Shown: positions 35,650 to 45,287 of the stretch, piece after piece
Layout of the letters: each line of letters starts with the position of its first letter
How positions within the stretch are numbered: position 1 is the stretch's first letter
Assembly: GCA_963812265.1 (NCBI GenBank)
Contig: CAWEUL010000005.1
Coordinates: 55,915 to 119,914, forward strand
Length of the DNA stretch: 64,000 nucleotides
Direction of reading: 5' to 3'
From: an uncultured Actinomycetota bacterium
GTDB lineage: Bacteria; Actinomycetota; Actinomycetes; Propionibacteriales; Nocardioidaceae
Position numbers and translations under genes: made by a program
Notes under the pieces: generated by a model
What the model was told of the DNA's origin: nothing
Database searches by the model: none
Seen by the model: only the letters and a program-made list of their open reading frames with translations

Positions 35650-36051
35650 ATGCCGACCCACAGCCCAGGGACATCCCAGCGCCGCACGATCGATGAGCTG
35701 CTGAGCGAGGCGCGTGCGGGGCTCGTGCGACTCAGTCCGCACGACGGCTACGCGGCCCAGCAGGCGGGGGCGGTGCTTGTCGACATCCGGCCACAGGCCT
35801 CGCGTGATGCCGAGGGTGTCCTGCCCGGGGCGGTGGAGATCGAGCGGACGGTCCTGGAGTGGCGGCTGGACCCGGCGTCTGATGCCCGGCTGACCTGGGC
35901 GGCGTACGACGTGCACGTCGTCGTGGTCTGCAACGAGGGCTATTCCTCGAGTCTCGCCGCGGCCACACTCCAGCAGCTCGGCATCGACAGAGCGACGGAC
36001 CTGGTGGGCGGCTTCCGCGCCTGGAAGGCGGCCGGCCTCCCTACGGCATGA
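35650..36051 (+). CDS. Rhodanese-like domain protein
   Basis: LVDIRP...EWRLDP...VVCNEGYSSSLAA...DLVGGFRAW. Confidence 0.9.
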   Translation: MPTHSPGTSQRRTIDELLSEARAGLVRLSPHDGYAAQQAGAVLVDIRPQASRDAEGVLPGAVEIERTVLEWRLDPASDARLTWAAYDVHVVVVCNEGYSSSLAAATLQQLGIDRATDLVGGFRAWKAAGLPTA

Positions 36052-36080
36052 GAGCCGGCCGGCCACCGGCGGCACACAGC

Positions 36081-36117
36081 AAAGCCCCGACCCGCGCGGC
36101 GGCGCGCGAGTCGGGGC
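36081..36117 (-). terminator. Rho-independent terminator-like hairpin
   Basis: gccccgac...gtcggggc stem with inner cgcgcg pair; followed by TTT on the minus strand, downstream of the 36136 gene. Confidence 0.6.
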
Positions 36118-36135
36118 CGGCGTGGTGCTGCGGCG

Positions 36136-36690
36136 TCAGTTCTGGCGCCAGGTCTCCACGACCGGGATGTCGGCGTGGGGCACGCACAGCGCCCAGACTT
36201 GGACCTTCTCGGGTGCCTTGTCGGAGGTCGTGCCGGCGTTGCCGCCGAACTGCACGATCCAGCCGTCGAGACGGTTGTCCCGGGGGGTGTTGGTGGTCCA
36301 GTCCATACGACCGGGGAACGACGACGAGACGGGGGTGTTGCGCGAGTTCGCGCCGGCGTCCAGCCCCAGCACCTGCACGCCGCCGGAGACGGCGACGTCG
36401 GTCTCAGCACTGCACGCGACCGTCGCGATCGCACCCGCGTTGGTGTCGCCGGCGTTGTAGTTCGCCACCGAGTAGTAGGCGCCCTTGAAGGGGCTCTTCG
36501 CCAGCTTGCGGTTGACGCCCTTGCCCAGGTCGACCTTGTGGACCGCCCCGTCGCGCACGTCGATGCTGCGGATGGTGTTGTCCTGGATGGTCCGGCTGGT
36601 CACGAGGTTGCCCGCGACCGCGCCGCTGGTCCCTGCCACGACGAGCGCGGCAGCGATGCCGAGGCCCATCAGAATGGTGCGCTTCTGCAT
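36136..36690 (-). CDS. Secreted hypothetical protein
   Basis: Signal peptide MQKRTILMGLGIAAALVVAG...; AAGGAAG RBS; paired Cys. Confidence 0.75.
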   Translation of the reverse strand: MQKRTILMGLGIAAALVVAGTSGAVAGNLVTSRTIQDNTIRSIDVRDGAVHKVDLGKGVNRKLAKSPFKGAYYSVANYNAGDTNAGAIATVACSAETDVAVSGGVQVLGLDAGANSRNTPVSSSFPGRMDWTTNTPRDNRLDGWIVQFGGNAGTTSDKAPEKVQVWALCVPHADIPVVETWRQN

Positions 36691-36868
36691 GTGCACTTCC
36701 TTCTTTGTTGATCCGTCTGTTGCGACCATGAGACGTGGTCGTGGTCTAGTCATGACGGGAAGGTCTTGGAGACGCCCGTCACATCGCCGTATGCGCCCTG
36801 CCCGAGAGCGAGTGCGAGGCCGAGCCCATTAACCTCGGGGCAGCGACCGGCGAAGGAAGGCGAACTCG

Positions 36869-37387
36869 ATGGCAATCGTCGTCATGGGCGTCTCGGGGTC
36901 CGGCAAGTCAACCGTCGGCGACCTGCTCGCCCAGCGGCTCGGCGTTCGGTTCCTCGAAGGAGACGACCTGCATCCCGAGTCCAACATCGCCCGGATGGCG
37001 AACCGGGAGCCGTTGACCGACCAGGATCGTGAGCCCTGGCTCGATGCGATCGGGGAATGGCTCGACAGGCACGAATGTGAGGGCGTCGTCGCCTGCTCCG
37101 CTCTCCGTCGGGCCTACCGAGACAGGCTCCGCGCGCACTGCCCACGACTTCAGGTCCTTCAGCTCGACGGCTCTGCGGACGTCGTCCGGAGGCGCATGGC
37201 GGCTCGTGAGCACTTCATGCCGGTCGCGCTGTTGGAGTCACAGTTCGCGACCCTCGAGCCGCTGGAGCCCGACGAGGTGGGAATGGTCGTCAGTCTCGAC
37301 CTGTCGCCCCACGACATCGTGGAGCGGTTCTTGGCCGGCAGCGGGTCTCCTGATCGAGGTCGGGAACGCCGACCGGGGTCCTCGTAG
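36869..37387 (+). CDS. gntK: Gluconokinase
   Basis: MGVSGSGKST P-loop, EGDDLHP, ACSALRRAYR, HFMP..LLESQF. Confidence 0.92.
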   Translation: MAIVVMGVSGSGKSTVGDLLAQRLGVRFLEGDDLHPESNIARMANREPLTDQDREPWLDAIGEWLDRHECEGVVACSALRRAYRDRLRAHCPRLQVLQLDGSADVVRRRMAAREHFMPVALLESQFATLEPLEPDEVGMVVSLDLSPHDIVERFLAGSGSPDRGRERRPGSS

Positions 37388-37396
37388 GCTCAGAAC

Positions 37397-37729
37397 ATGC
37401 AGACCACCTCGTTGACCACGCTCGCTGACCAGCAGCTCGAGCTTGCCCGTGCCGCATCGGCGGGGCGATCGGCTCTGACCGTGTACGGCGGGCACCAGCA
37501 CGACCTTCGGCAGACCATGATCGCCCTGACCACCGGCACGGTCCTGGGCGAGCACTCGTCCCCTGGCGAAGCGACCCTCCAGGTCCTCTCGGGCAGGGTC
37601 GCCGTGCGCGCCGGCGCAGAGGTGAGCGAGGGTGCTGCGGGGGACCACATGGTCATCCCGCCTGAGCGCCACGACCTCGTCGCGCTCGCCGACGCGGTCG
37701 TGCTGCTCACGGTGGCCACCCGCGCCTGA
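37397..37729 (+). CDS. Cupin domain protein
   Basis: LRQTMIAL...LGEHSSPGEATLQVLSG...RHDLVA. Confidence 0.85.
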   Translation: MQTTSLTTLADQQLELARAASAGRSALTVYGGHQHDLRQTMIALTTGTVLGEHSSPGEATLQVLSGRVAVRAGAEVSEGAAGDHMVIPPERHDLVALADAVVLLTVATRA

Positions 37730-37795
37730 CCTGGAGAAACACGCAGCCTCGACCCAGTAGGGTGAGCCACCGCACACCATCGGTCAGGGGCGCCC

Positions 37796-38134
37796 ATGCC
37801 AGATCCAGTTGAGACCAATCCCGAGCTGTACTCGGTCGTGTTCGAGAACGACCGGGTTCGCGTGCTCCGCTACTACGACCGGCCGGGGGAACAGACCCAG
37901 CCGCATGGCCATCCGGACAGCGTCATGGTCACACTCTCGGCCTTCGAGCGCCGCCTGGAGTACGACGGCCAGCACGTCGAGGTGTCGATCCCGGCCGGGG
38001 AGATCCGCTGGCTCGACGCCCAGGAGCACTGCGGCAGCAACATCGGCCAGACCGACACCGAGACCGTCTTCATCGAGCTCAAGGAGCCCGCGCCCGCACC
38101 GGCGCGGGAGAGCCGGCTGGGTCCCCAGGACTGA
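37796..38134 (+). CDS. Small cupin-fold protein
   Basis: FENDRVRVL...HGHPD...H..NIG..T....IELK. Confidence 0.8.
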   Translation: MPDPVETNPELYSVVFENDRVRVLRYYDRPGEQTQPHGHPDSVMVTLSAFERRLEYDGQHVEVSIPAGEIRWLDAQEHCGSNIGQTDTETVFIELKEPAPAPARESRLGPQD

Positions 38135-38136
38135 CC

Positions 38137-38406
38137 TCAGGTCGGCAGCACGAGCCGCACCGCGGCCGCCTGGTCCGGCCTGAGGTCGATCGTCAACCCC
38201 ACCATGCCGGAGTCGCCGTACGCCTCGACCCGGTAGCGGCCGGCCCGGGGGACGCCGAAGGCGAAGCTGCCGTCGTCGCCGGTGAGTGCGGCGACGTCGG
38301 CCAGCGCGACCGGCCCCGCCACCAGCGCCACTCGGGCGCCGGCGACGGGCCGGTTCGAGGAGTCGGTGACGGTTCCGCGCACGACCAGCGCAGCCTCCTC
38401 GACCAT
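38137..38406 (-). CDS. Carboxypeptidase-regulatory-like (beta-sandwich) domain protein
   Basis: VRGTVTDSSNRPVAGARV...TGDDGSFAF...GRYRVEA; GGAGGAGG RBS. Confidence 0.8.
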   Translation of the reverse strand: MVEEAALVVRGTVTDSSNRPVAGARVALVAGPVALADVAALTGDDGSFAFGVPRAGRYRVEAYGDSGMVGLTIDLRPDQAAAVRLVLPT

Positions 38407-38434
38407 CAGGAACCGCCTCCTCCGGCGTCGGCGC

Positions 38435-39394
38435 TCAGGCCCGCCAGGTCACGAAGTTGTTGAAGACCGGCGTCGTGATCCGGGTGCCGCTGTTGGTGAC
38501 CGCCCCACCATAGGCGTGCACCGCAACGCCGTACCGGGCCCCGTCGACGATGCGGTAGACCCCGCTGCCGCTCTGGCCGCCGAAGGTGTCGATGTCGTAG
38601 GACACCCGGCGCGCGCTGACCGAGGCCACCCGGTTCCAGCCGTACCACTGGGTCCCGGGCGGCTTGTCGCCCGGGTAGCCGGAGATGTTGACCGTCGAGG
38701 ACGTCAGCGTCGAGTCCGAGAACGCACCGAAGCCCAGCCAGCCGGTGGTGGAGCCCAGGTCGCTGCCAAGAATGATCGCCCCGTAGTCGTAGTCGGGATT
38801 GCCACTGTTGGCCCACCCGGTCACCGTGCGCAGGTTCGACGTGGTGACCGAGCCGTAGGGCAGGGCGCTGCCGTTGCGACCGGGCATCACCTGGATGCTG
38901 CGAACCCAGCCGTCACGTCCAGGGACGCCGCTGTTCTTGATGTAGACCACGTGGCCGGCGGTCGCCAGCGTGTGCGGGCCGATGAACCAGCCGGTCCCGA
39001 TCCACCGCGAGCCGTCGCGCGCGGTGATCAGCAGCGACGCGTGCACCCGCCAGGGGTAGACCGAGGTGTTCGAGATCTGGATCCGGTTGTCCGGCCCGTG
39101 CACGACCTCGGCCGACGGCCCCGTCTCGACCGGGCCGTACGACGCCTCGCCGATCGGCCGCAGCCCGCTCAGATCGGGAACGACCTCGCCGAGCCCGAAC
39201 GACTCGGCCGCCACGACGGCGACGTCCTCGACCTCGTGCCCTGCGACGACCTGGGACTCCCCACCTTCCCCGCTGCTCGGTGCGTCGGAGACCATCTCGG
39301 TCTCCAGCTCCTCGCGCGCGGTGTCGACCTGGTTGGACACCGACAAGTGCGGGTCGGTGGCGGTCTCGTCCGTGGTGTCGACGTGTTCGCTCAT
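38435..39394 (-). CDS. V8/glutamyl-endopeptidase-like (trypsin fold) serine protease with acidic pro-region, no signal peptide
   Basis: TAGHV (His), DYGAI (Asp), GGQSGSG (Ser); NISGYPGDK. Confidence 0.88.
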   Translation of the reverse strand: MSEHVDTTDETATDPHLSVSNQVDTAREELETEMVSDAPSSGEGGESQVVAGHEVEDVAVVAAESFGLGEVVPDLSGLRPIGEASYGPVETGPSAEVVHGPDNRIQISNTSVYPWRVHASLLITARDGSRWIGTGWFIGPHTLATAGHVVYIKNSGVPGRDGWVRSIQVMPGRNGSALPYGSVTTSNLRTVTGWANSGNPDYDYGAIILGSDLGSTTGWLGFGAFSDSTLTSSTVNISGYPGDKPPGTQWYGWNRVASVSARRVSYDIDTFGGQSGSGVYRIVDGARYGVAVHAYGGAVTNSGTRITTPVFNNFVTWRA

Positions 39395-39551
39395 GATGTG
39401 TTTCTCCCCCGTGAAATGCGCGGCCCCCGCGGCCACGCGGCCCCAGGAGGAGGTCAGGGGAGCGGCTGGTGATACACGGCGAAGCCCCGGTCGGTCGGCC
39501 CGTGACGGTCGCCGCGCCAGGAACAACCGGAACGGCTGAGACGATGGGGCC

Positions 39552-40793
39552 ATGGCGCTGAGCGAAGCTGCGGGGTCGTCCACGACCGCGGCGGACCAGA
39601 TGGCGAACCGCGCCTGGGCCTGGGGACGGATCGTCGGCCTCGACATGGCCCGGTGGCTTGCTCTGATCGGCATGATCGCCACTCACGCGCTCGTCGCAGT
39701 GACGCCCGAAGGTGCGGTGACTCTGCCTCAGTCCATCGCCGGTGGCCGCGCTTCAGCACTCTTCGCGGTGCTCGCGGGGGTCTCGATGGCACTCATGAGC
39801 GGGCGGAGGCGGCCGCTGGCCGGCCGCGAGCTCCGAGGGGTCGCCGCCGGTCTGCTCGTCCGGGCCGCACTGATCGCCGCGATCGGCTTGGTCCTGCGCG
39901 AGTTCGGGAGCTCCATCGCGATCATCCTCACCTACTACGGTGCGTTGTTCGCCCTCGGCGTCCTGTTCCTGCGGCTCCGCGCGCGGACGCTGGCCCTGCT
40001 CGCGGCCTGTTGGGTGGTCCTGGCGCCCCTGATCTCGTTCTGGCTCCGGCCGATGCTCCCGGAGCGTGAGTACGGCAGCCCGTCAGCCTCCGACCTGGTG
40101 CATCCGGTCCAGCTGGCCACGGAGCTGCTGTTCACCGGGTACTACCCGGCCTTCACCTGGCTCGCCTACCTCCTCGTCGGCATGGCCGTGGGTCGCTCGG
40201 CGCTGGACCGGTCGCGCACCGGTGTCGTTCTCCTCGTCGTGGGGTCGGCCGTCGCTGCCGGCGCCTCCCTGGTCTCGGGGGCGCTGCTCGGGCGCCCCGG
40301 GGTGATGGGGGAGCTCGAGGCGACGCTCAGCTCACCACCGGGCCGGGGCGGCCTCGAGCTCACGCTCGAGCACGGGCTCTTCGGCACCATCCCGACGGGC
40401 AGCGGGTGGTGGCTCGCGGTCGCGACGCCGCACAGCGGCACCACGTTCGACCTGGCCCGGACGGGCGGGTCGGCTCTGGCGGTGATCGGGGCCTGCCTGC
40501 TGGTCTCACGGGTCGCACCGCGCACGCTCGCGGTCGTCTTCGGAGCCGGGGCGATGCCGCTGACGCTCTACAGCCTGCATGTGATCCTTCGCTCGCCGGA
40601 CCTGTTGCCCGGGGACGACCCGGCCACGTTCGGGACCCACGTCCTCCTGGTGACCATGATCGGCGCGGCCTATCGGCTGATGCGGCGCAGTGGTCCACTG
40701 GAGCGGATGGTGGCCGCCGCGGCAGCCGTCGTACGACGTCGGGTTGAGGACCGGCTCACACCGAGTCCGGACTCGCCGGCTGCCAGACCGTAG
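39552..40793 (+). CDS. DUF418/HGSNAT-like membrane protein
   Basis: RIVGLDMARWLALIGM, GRASALFAVLAGVS, IILTYYG, GAMPLTLYSLH; start uncertain. Confidence 0.8.
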   Translation: MALSEAAGSSTTAADQMANRAWAWGRIVGLDMARWLALIGMIATHALVAVTPEGAVTLPQSIAGGRASALFAVLAGVSMALMSGRRRPLAGRELRGVAAGLLVRAALIAAIGLVLREFGSSIAIILTYYGALFALGVLFLRLRARTLALLAACWVVLAPLISFWLRPMLPEREYGSPSASDLVHPVQLATELLFTGYYPAFTWLAYLLVGMAVGRSALDRSRTGVVLLVVGSAVAAGASLVSGALLGRPGVMGELEATLSSPPGRGGLELTLEHGLFGTIPTGSGWWLAVATPHSGTTFDLARTGGSALAVIGACLLVSRVAPRTLAVVFGAGAMPLTLYSLHVILRSPDLLPGDDPATFGTHVLLVTMIGAAYRLMRRSGPLERMVAAAAAVVRRRVEDRLTPSPDSPAARP

Positions 40794-40866
40794 TCGGGCG
40801 GGGCGGATCAGAGTTGGACTGCGCCAAGTGCAGGACGTGGTTGGGTCGATCTGACAGCATCGTCGA

Positions 40867-42225
40867 GTGACCCGCCACCGGCTCAACCCCGTCGATGCGA
40901 TCTGGCTCAACACCGATCGTGCCGAGAATCGGATGGTGATCGAAGCACTGGTGATGTTGGACGGCCCGCTCGACCGGACCCGGCTGCACCAGCTGCTGCA
41001 GGAGCGCGTGGTGGACGTCTTCCCCGTGTTCAGTCTCCGAACCCAGCGGTCCCGGGTGCCCGGGCGGCTGCCGCGCTGGGTGCGGACGCCCGGCTTCGAC
41101 GTCGCTGACCACGTCCGCGATGGGGTCGTGGACGCGCCCGGTGACGACGCTGCGGTCCAGGCCTACGTCGAGCGATTTCTGGATGCACCCCTGCCGGAGC
41201 ACCGCCCGCTGTGGGAGGTCCATGTGCTCAGCGGCCTTCGCGAGGGGACCGCCTTGTTCGTCCGTCTGCACCACGCGTTGGCGGACGGCATCGCACTCAC
41301 TCGCGTCCTGCTGTCGATCACCGATGCGGACGCGAAGGCAACTCCTGCCCGCCGCGAGCCCCTGCCGATGGGTGAGTCGTTGATCGATGGGATCCGCCCC
41401 GGTGTAGCGATCACCCGGGCCCGGCCCTCGACCCGTGGGCGGTCCGGGGTCCGGTTCGCCCTCCACTCCCCGCGGGTGATCCTGAAGCTGTTGGCGACGC
41501 GCAACCCGCGGACGGCGACGTCGGGCGCCGCGGGCCCGGCCAAACGCGTTGTGTGGTCCACGCCGATCTCGCTGGCGCGTGTCAAGGAGCTGGCTGCCGC
41601 GACCGACACCACGGTCAACGACGTCCTGGTCGCTGCGCTGGCCGGCGCGCTCCACCGCTACCAGACCCACCATGACGGGGTCGCGATCGACGTCCACACG
41701 ATGATCCCGGTCAATCTACGACCGCTCGACCTGCCGCTCCCCACTCGCCTGGGCAACAGGTTCGCCGTGGTTCTGATGGCGTTGCCGTCCGGACGTCTCG
41801 GTGCCCTCCCGCGGTTGGCCGAGACGAAGCGTCGGATGGACATCATCAAGGGATCCCCCGAGCCCTTGCTCACCTTCGGGTTGATCTACACCCTGGGCTG
41901 GGTCGGGACCTGGATGAGCCGGCTCGGGGTGCGCTTCTTCTCCGCCAAGGCCGATGCTGTGACCACCAACGTGCCAGGGCCCCCGGAGCACCGCTATCTG
42001 GCTGGCACCAGGATTCGAGGTCTGCTGGGGTGGGTGCCGGGTTCGAGTCATCAGACTCTGGGTACCTGCATCTTCACCTACGCCGGAGTCGTTCAGATCG
42101 GGTTCAAGGCCGATGCCGGCGCGATCCCGGACCCGGAGCGGATCCTGGCCGACTTCGAGGCCGAGCTGGCTGAGCTCCAGCTGGTGCTGTCGCCCGCCGA
42201 CGAGGCGCTGCGCGCGACGGCGTAG
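40867..42225 (+). CDS. Wax ester/triacylglycerol synthase (WS/DGAT) O-acyltransferase
   Basis: HHALADG catalytic motif, TVNDV, PVNLR, TNVPGP. Confidence 0.92.
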   Translation: MTRHRLNPVDAIWLNTDRAENRMVIEALVMLDGPLDRTRLHQLLQERVVDVFPVFSLRTQRSRVPGRLPRWVRTPGFDVADHVRDGVVDAPGDDAAVQAYVERFLDAPLPEHRPLWEVHVLSGLREGTALFVRLHHALADGIALTRVLLSITDADAKATPARREPLPMGESLIDGIRPGVAITRARPSTRGRSGVRFALHSPRVILKLLATRNPRTATSGAAGPAKRVVWSTPISLARVKELAAATDTTVNDVLVAALAGALHRYQTHHDGVAIDVHTMIPVNLRPLDLPLPTRLGNRFAVVLMALPSGRLGALPRLAETKRRMDIIKGSPEPLLTFGLIYTLGWVGTWMSRLGVRFFSAKADAVTTNVPGPPEHRYLAGTRIRGLLGWVPGSSHQTLGTCIFTYAGVVQIGFKADAGAIPDPERILADFEAELAELQLVLSPADEALRATA

Positions 42226-42320
42226 CGCCGCACTCGCTCGGGTCGCCCCGCCTCGGCCTGCCGGTGCCGGGCGTACTGTGGCCCCACGGAGCCATCCAGG
42301 CTTCCGACCAGGGAGCCACC

Positions 42321-42452
42321 ATGAGCGACAAGTCGCCGCGGCAAGGCATGTCCAAGAAGTCCGGCAAGTCAATCAAGGAGAAGCGCGCCGAGAAGCGTGC
42401 CAAGGGTCAGGAGGACCCGACCTCCCTGAACCTCCACACCAAGAAGCGGTGA
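42321..42452 (+). CDS. Small basic 43-aa protein
   Basis: GGGAG RBS; Lys/Arg-rich; its stop overlaps the GTG of the next gene. Confidence 0.6.
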   Translation: MSDKSPRQGMSKKSGKSIKEKRAEKRAKGQEDPTSLNLHTKKR

Positions 42453-43591
42453 CGCTCCTGGGTCTCGGGGTGATCGGCACCTCGGCCATGGAGAACGAGC
42501 GACGGCTTCCGCTCCATCCCGACCACCTCGCCGGCCTCGACGCGGAGTTGCGTGCCCGGATCACCCTCGAGCGCGGGTACGGCGCCAGGTTCGGCGTCAC
42601 GGACGACGACCTCGCTCCCGTGGTTGCTGGTTTCGCCTCGCGTGAGCAGATCCTGACGGCCTCCGACATCGTGCTGTTGTCCAAACCCCAGCACTCGGAC
42701 GTGGCGCTGATGCGTCCCGGCCAGGTGCTCTGGGGCTGGCCCCACTGCGTCCAGGACGCGACGATGACCCAGATGGCGATCGACCAGGAGCTCACGCTGA
42801 TCGCCTTCGAGGCGATGAACCACTGGACCTCCGACGGCGCGGTCGGACTTCACGTCTTCCACAAGAACAACGAGCTGGCCGGCTACTCCTCGGTGCTGCA
42901 CGCCCTCGAGCTGATCGGCACCACCGGCGACTACGGGCGCCGGCTCACGGCGATCGTGATCGGCTTCGGGGCCACGGCCCGTGGCGCGGTGACCGCGCTG
43001 AACGCGCACGGAGTGCACGAGGTCGCCGTGCTGACCAACCGCGCGGTGACGGCGGTCGGTGCGCCCATCCACTCGGTGCGGATCCGGCAGCTCGACCGGG
43101 ACCCTGCCGACCCGACGATGTGCCAGGTGATCACCGAGATGGGACGGATGCCGCTGGCGGCGTACCTCGCCGAGAACGACATCATCGTCAACTGCACGTT
43201 CCAGGACACCGCAGCGCCGCTGGTGTATCTCCAGACCGAGGACCTCGACGCGTTCCGCCGCGGCAGCCTGGTGGTCGATGTGTCCTGCGACGAGGGGATG
43301 GGGTTCAGCTGGGCCCGACCGACGACGTTCGACGAGCCGATGTTCGAGGTCGGTCATGGCGTGCAGTACTACGCGGTCGACCACAGCCCGTCGTACCTCT
43401 GGGCCTCGGCGACCTGGGAGAACAGCGCCGCCCTGATCCCGTTCCTCAGGCCCATGATGGAGGGGCGGTCCGCCTGGGCCGCTGACGAGACGCTCAGCCG
43501 AGCCATCGAGATCTGGGACGGCCGGATCATGAACCCATCCATCCTGGGCTTCCAGAACCGCGCCGAGACGCATCCTCACCCGGTTGGCTGA
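42449..43591 (+). CDS. ceo: N(5)-(carboxyethyl)ornithine synthase-like (AlaDH/PNT family)
   Basis: ENERRLPLHP, LWGWPHCVQ, LIAFEAMN, KNNELAGY, IGFGATARG, YAVDHSPS. Confidence 0.8.
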   Translation: MTLLGLGVIGTSAMENERRLPLHPDHLAGLDAELRARITLERGYGARFGVTDDDLAPVVAGFASREQILTASDIVLLSKPQHSDVALMRPGQVLWGWPHCVQDATMTQMAIDQELTLIAFEAMNHWTSDGAVGLHVFHKNNELAGYSSVLHALELIGTTGDYGRRLTAIVIGFGATARGAVTALNAHGVHEVAVLTNRAVTAVGAPIHSVRIRQLDRDPADPTMCQVITEMGRMPLAAYLAENDIIVNCTFQDTAAPLVYLQTEDLDAFRRGSLVVDVSCDEGMGFSWARPTTFDEPMFEVGHGVQYYAVDHSPSYLWASATWENSAALIPFLRPMMEGRSAWAADETLSRAIEIWDGRIMNPSILGFQNRAETHPHPVG

Positions 43592-43955
43592 ACCCGTGAA
43601 GTCCGGGCTGCCGTCGCGGGTGCCCGGGTCAGGCCGTCGGAACCTCGACGGTGACGGTGGTGCCGCCGTACCGTTCTCGAGGTCCCGGCCCTCGACGGTC
43701 ACCCGGTCCACGTCGTCGGGGATGGCGACCCCTGCCTGGGTGCGCGTGAAGGGCTGCTCTCCTGCGTGATCGTGACGTCGTAGGTCCCCGTCCCCGGCGG
43801 CCGAGACGTCAGCGCCCACGATGTCGGGGAACCGCTGGTCGGCAGGTCAGCCACCCCCGGGTGCCGGTGACCCGCAGCCGAGGAGCGTGACGACAGTCGC
43901 GAGCGCGAGCAACGCACGCAGCCGTCGGTCAGATGACCGCGGCATCCGTCGAGTC
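43584..43955 (-). pseudogene. Remnant of a conserved small lipoprotein-type gene (HDHxxEQPFTR motif)
   Basis: GTYDVTI in one frame joins HDHAGEQPFTRTQAGVAIPDDVDRVTVEGRDLENG in another, suggesting an internal deletion. Confidence 0.4.
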
Positions 43956-43981
43956 ATCTGGCGAGCGTCCGGTCAGCCCGT

Positions 43982-45139
43982 TCAGAACGGTGTGGTCTTG
44001 ACCATGGCCAGCGCCCGCGTCTTGCTGAAGGCGCCGTGCTTGTCCACCAGCCAGGGTCGGCAGATCCACAGGTAGCCGTCGACGTGCTTGGCAGCGGCCG
44101 AACGCAGCTTGCTGGGAAGCCCCCAGGCGGCCTTGGCGACATCGGTCGTGGGCCGGATGCCGAGGGTCACACAGTGGGTCTGCCCGACGCGCTGGCACGC
44201 GGGAGCGGTGTCCATCTTTCGGTCACCGTGGTGCTTGTGCCACCACTCGCCGGTGAAGGGGCGGCCGTTGTCCGAGGTGTCGATCACGAAGTGTCGGTTG
44301 GGCACCCCGTGGTTGGCAAGGCGCTTGACGATGCGGCGACCGAAGACGATCTGGCGGCGCACCGAGTCGTTGTGCGAGCTGTCCAGCGCGAAGCCCCGGG
44401 TCTTGGCCACCCCGCCGTCGAGCAGCATGCGCACCGCGTCGCGGGGCTTGTCGCGGAACCAGTCCGCCGAGCCCATCTCGATGTAGACCGAGGTGTTCGG
44501 CTGGGACGAGAGCCTGCCGGCCGCGTAGCTGATGAGCTTCGAGGGGAGCTTCGACCCCCGCGGGGCGCAGCGGGCGAACGGGCCGTCGGGCTGCAGCACG
44601 ATGGCTGCCCGGGTCTTGCCGACCGCGCGCGCGAAGCGGTTGATGAAGTCCTTGTACGACGCCTGCTCCTTCTTGGTCGGGAGCCGTCGGCAGGCCTCCT
44701 GCTCCCAGGGGACCATCCGGAAGATCGTCATCTGGACCAGGACCGAGGGGTTGCCGCCCGTGGCGCTCCTGATGTACTCGTGCACCTTGCGGGCGATGTC
44801 CCTGTTGGGGATCCACTTGCCGAAGAACTTGGCCTTCGGGGTGAGTGCGATCTTGGCCAGCTTCTTCTTGGTGCTGCCGCTCGCCGCGACGTACGGGCCC
44901 CACGACGGTTCGGCCGACCCCTTGTAGACACCCCATCGTCGGCCCGCCAGCGGATTGTTGGGGTTGGCGGGGTTCGCTGGACCCATGACGAACTCCCCGG
45001 CTGCTGCCGCCGCCGGCAGGGGGACCGGAGCCGGAGACGCCGCGCTCGTCGAGGGCGAGGCCAGGGGGCCCGCGAGCGCCACGCCGAGGGCGAGCGAGCC
45101 GAGCAGGACAGACGTGTGACGTATGGGGGGGAAAATCAC
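43982..45139 (-). CDS. Secreted glycoside hydrolase family 6-like protein, divergent
   Basis: Signal peptide; NPLAG, IVLQPD, VYIEMG...W, RGFALD, FVIDTSDNG, DGYLWI motifs in GH6 order. Confidence 0.75.
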   Translation of the reverse strand: MIFPPIRHTSVLLGSLALGVALAGPLASPSTSAASPAPVPLPAAAAAGEFVMGPANPANPNNPLAGRRWGVYKGSAEPSWGPYVAASGSTKKKLAKIALTPKAKFFGKWIPNRDIARKVHEYIRSATGGNPSVLVQMTIFRMVPWEQEACRRLPTKKEQASYKDFINRFARAVGKTRAAIVLQPDGPFARCAPRGSKLPSKLISYAAGRLSSQPNTSVYIEMGSADWFRDKPRDAVRMLLDGGVAKTRGFALDSSHNDSVRRQIVFGRRIVKRLANHGVPNRHFVIDTSDNGRPFTGEWWHKHHGDRKMDTAPACQRVGQTHCVTLGIRPTTDVAKAAWGLPSKLRSAAAKHVDGYLWICRPWLVDKHGAFSKTRALAMVKTTPF

Positions 45140-45287
45140 CCGTGGGACGATAGCGGAGTTACCCGCCTGTCATTCGCTGGTGTCCGGGAAATCTGATCTG
45201 CCCGCGGCGGGGTGGTCACACAGGACGTGACCGGTCTCACGGGCCGATCCATCGAGATGCCCAGTGCCCGGGTCGAACGCAGCGGGG

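Noticed and set aside
19143-39394. eCIS, T6SS, T7SS or prophage assignment
   Set aside because: No recognisable sheath, tube, baseplate, VgrG/PAAR, FtsK/WXG100, terminase or capsid motifs in the window.
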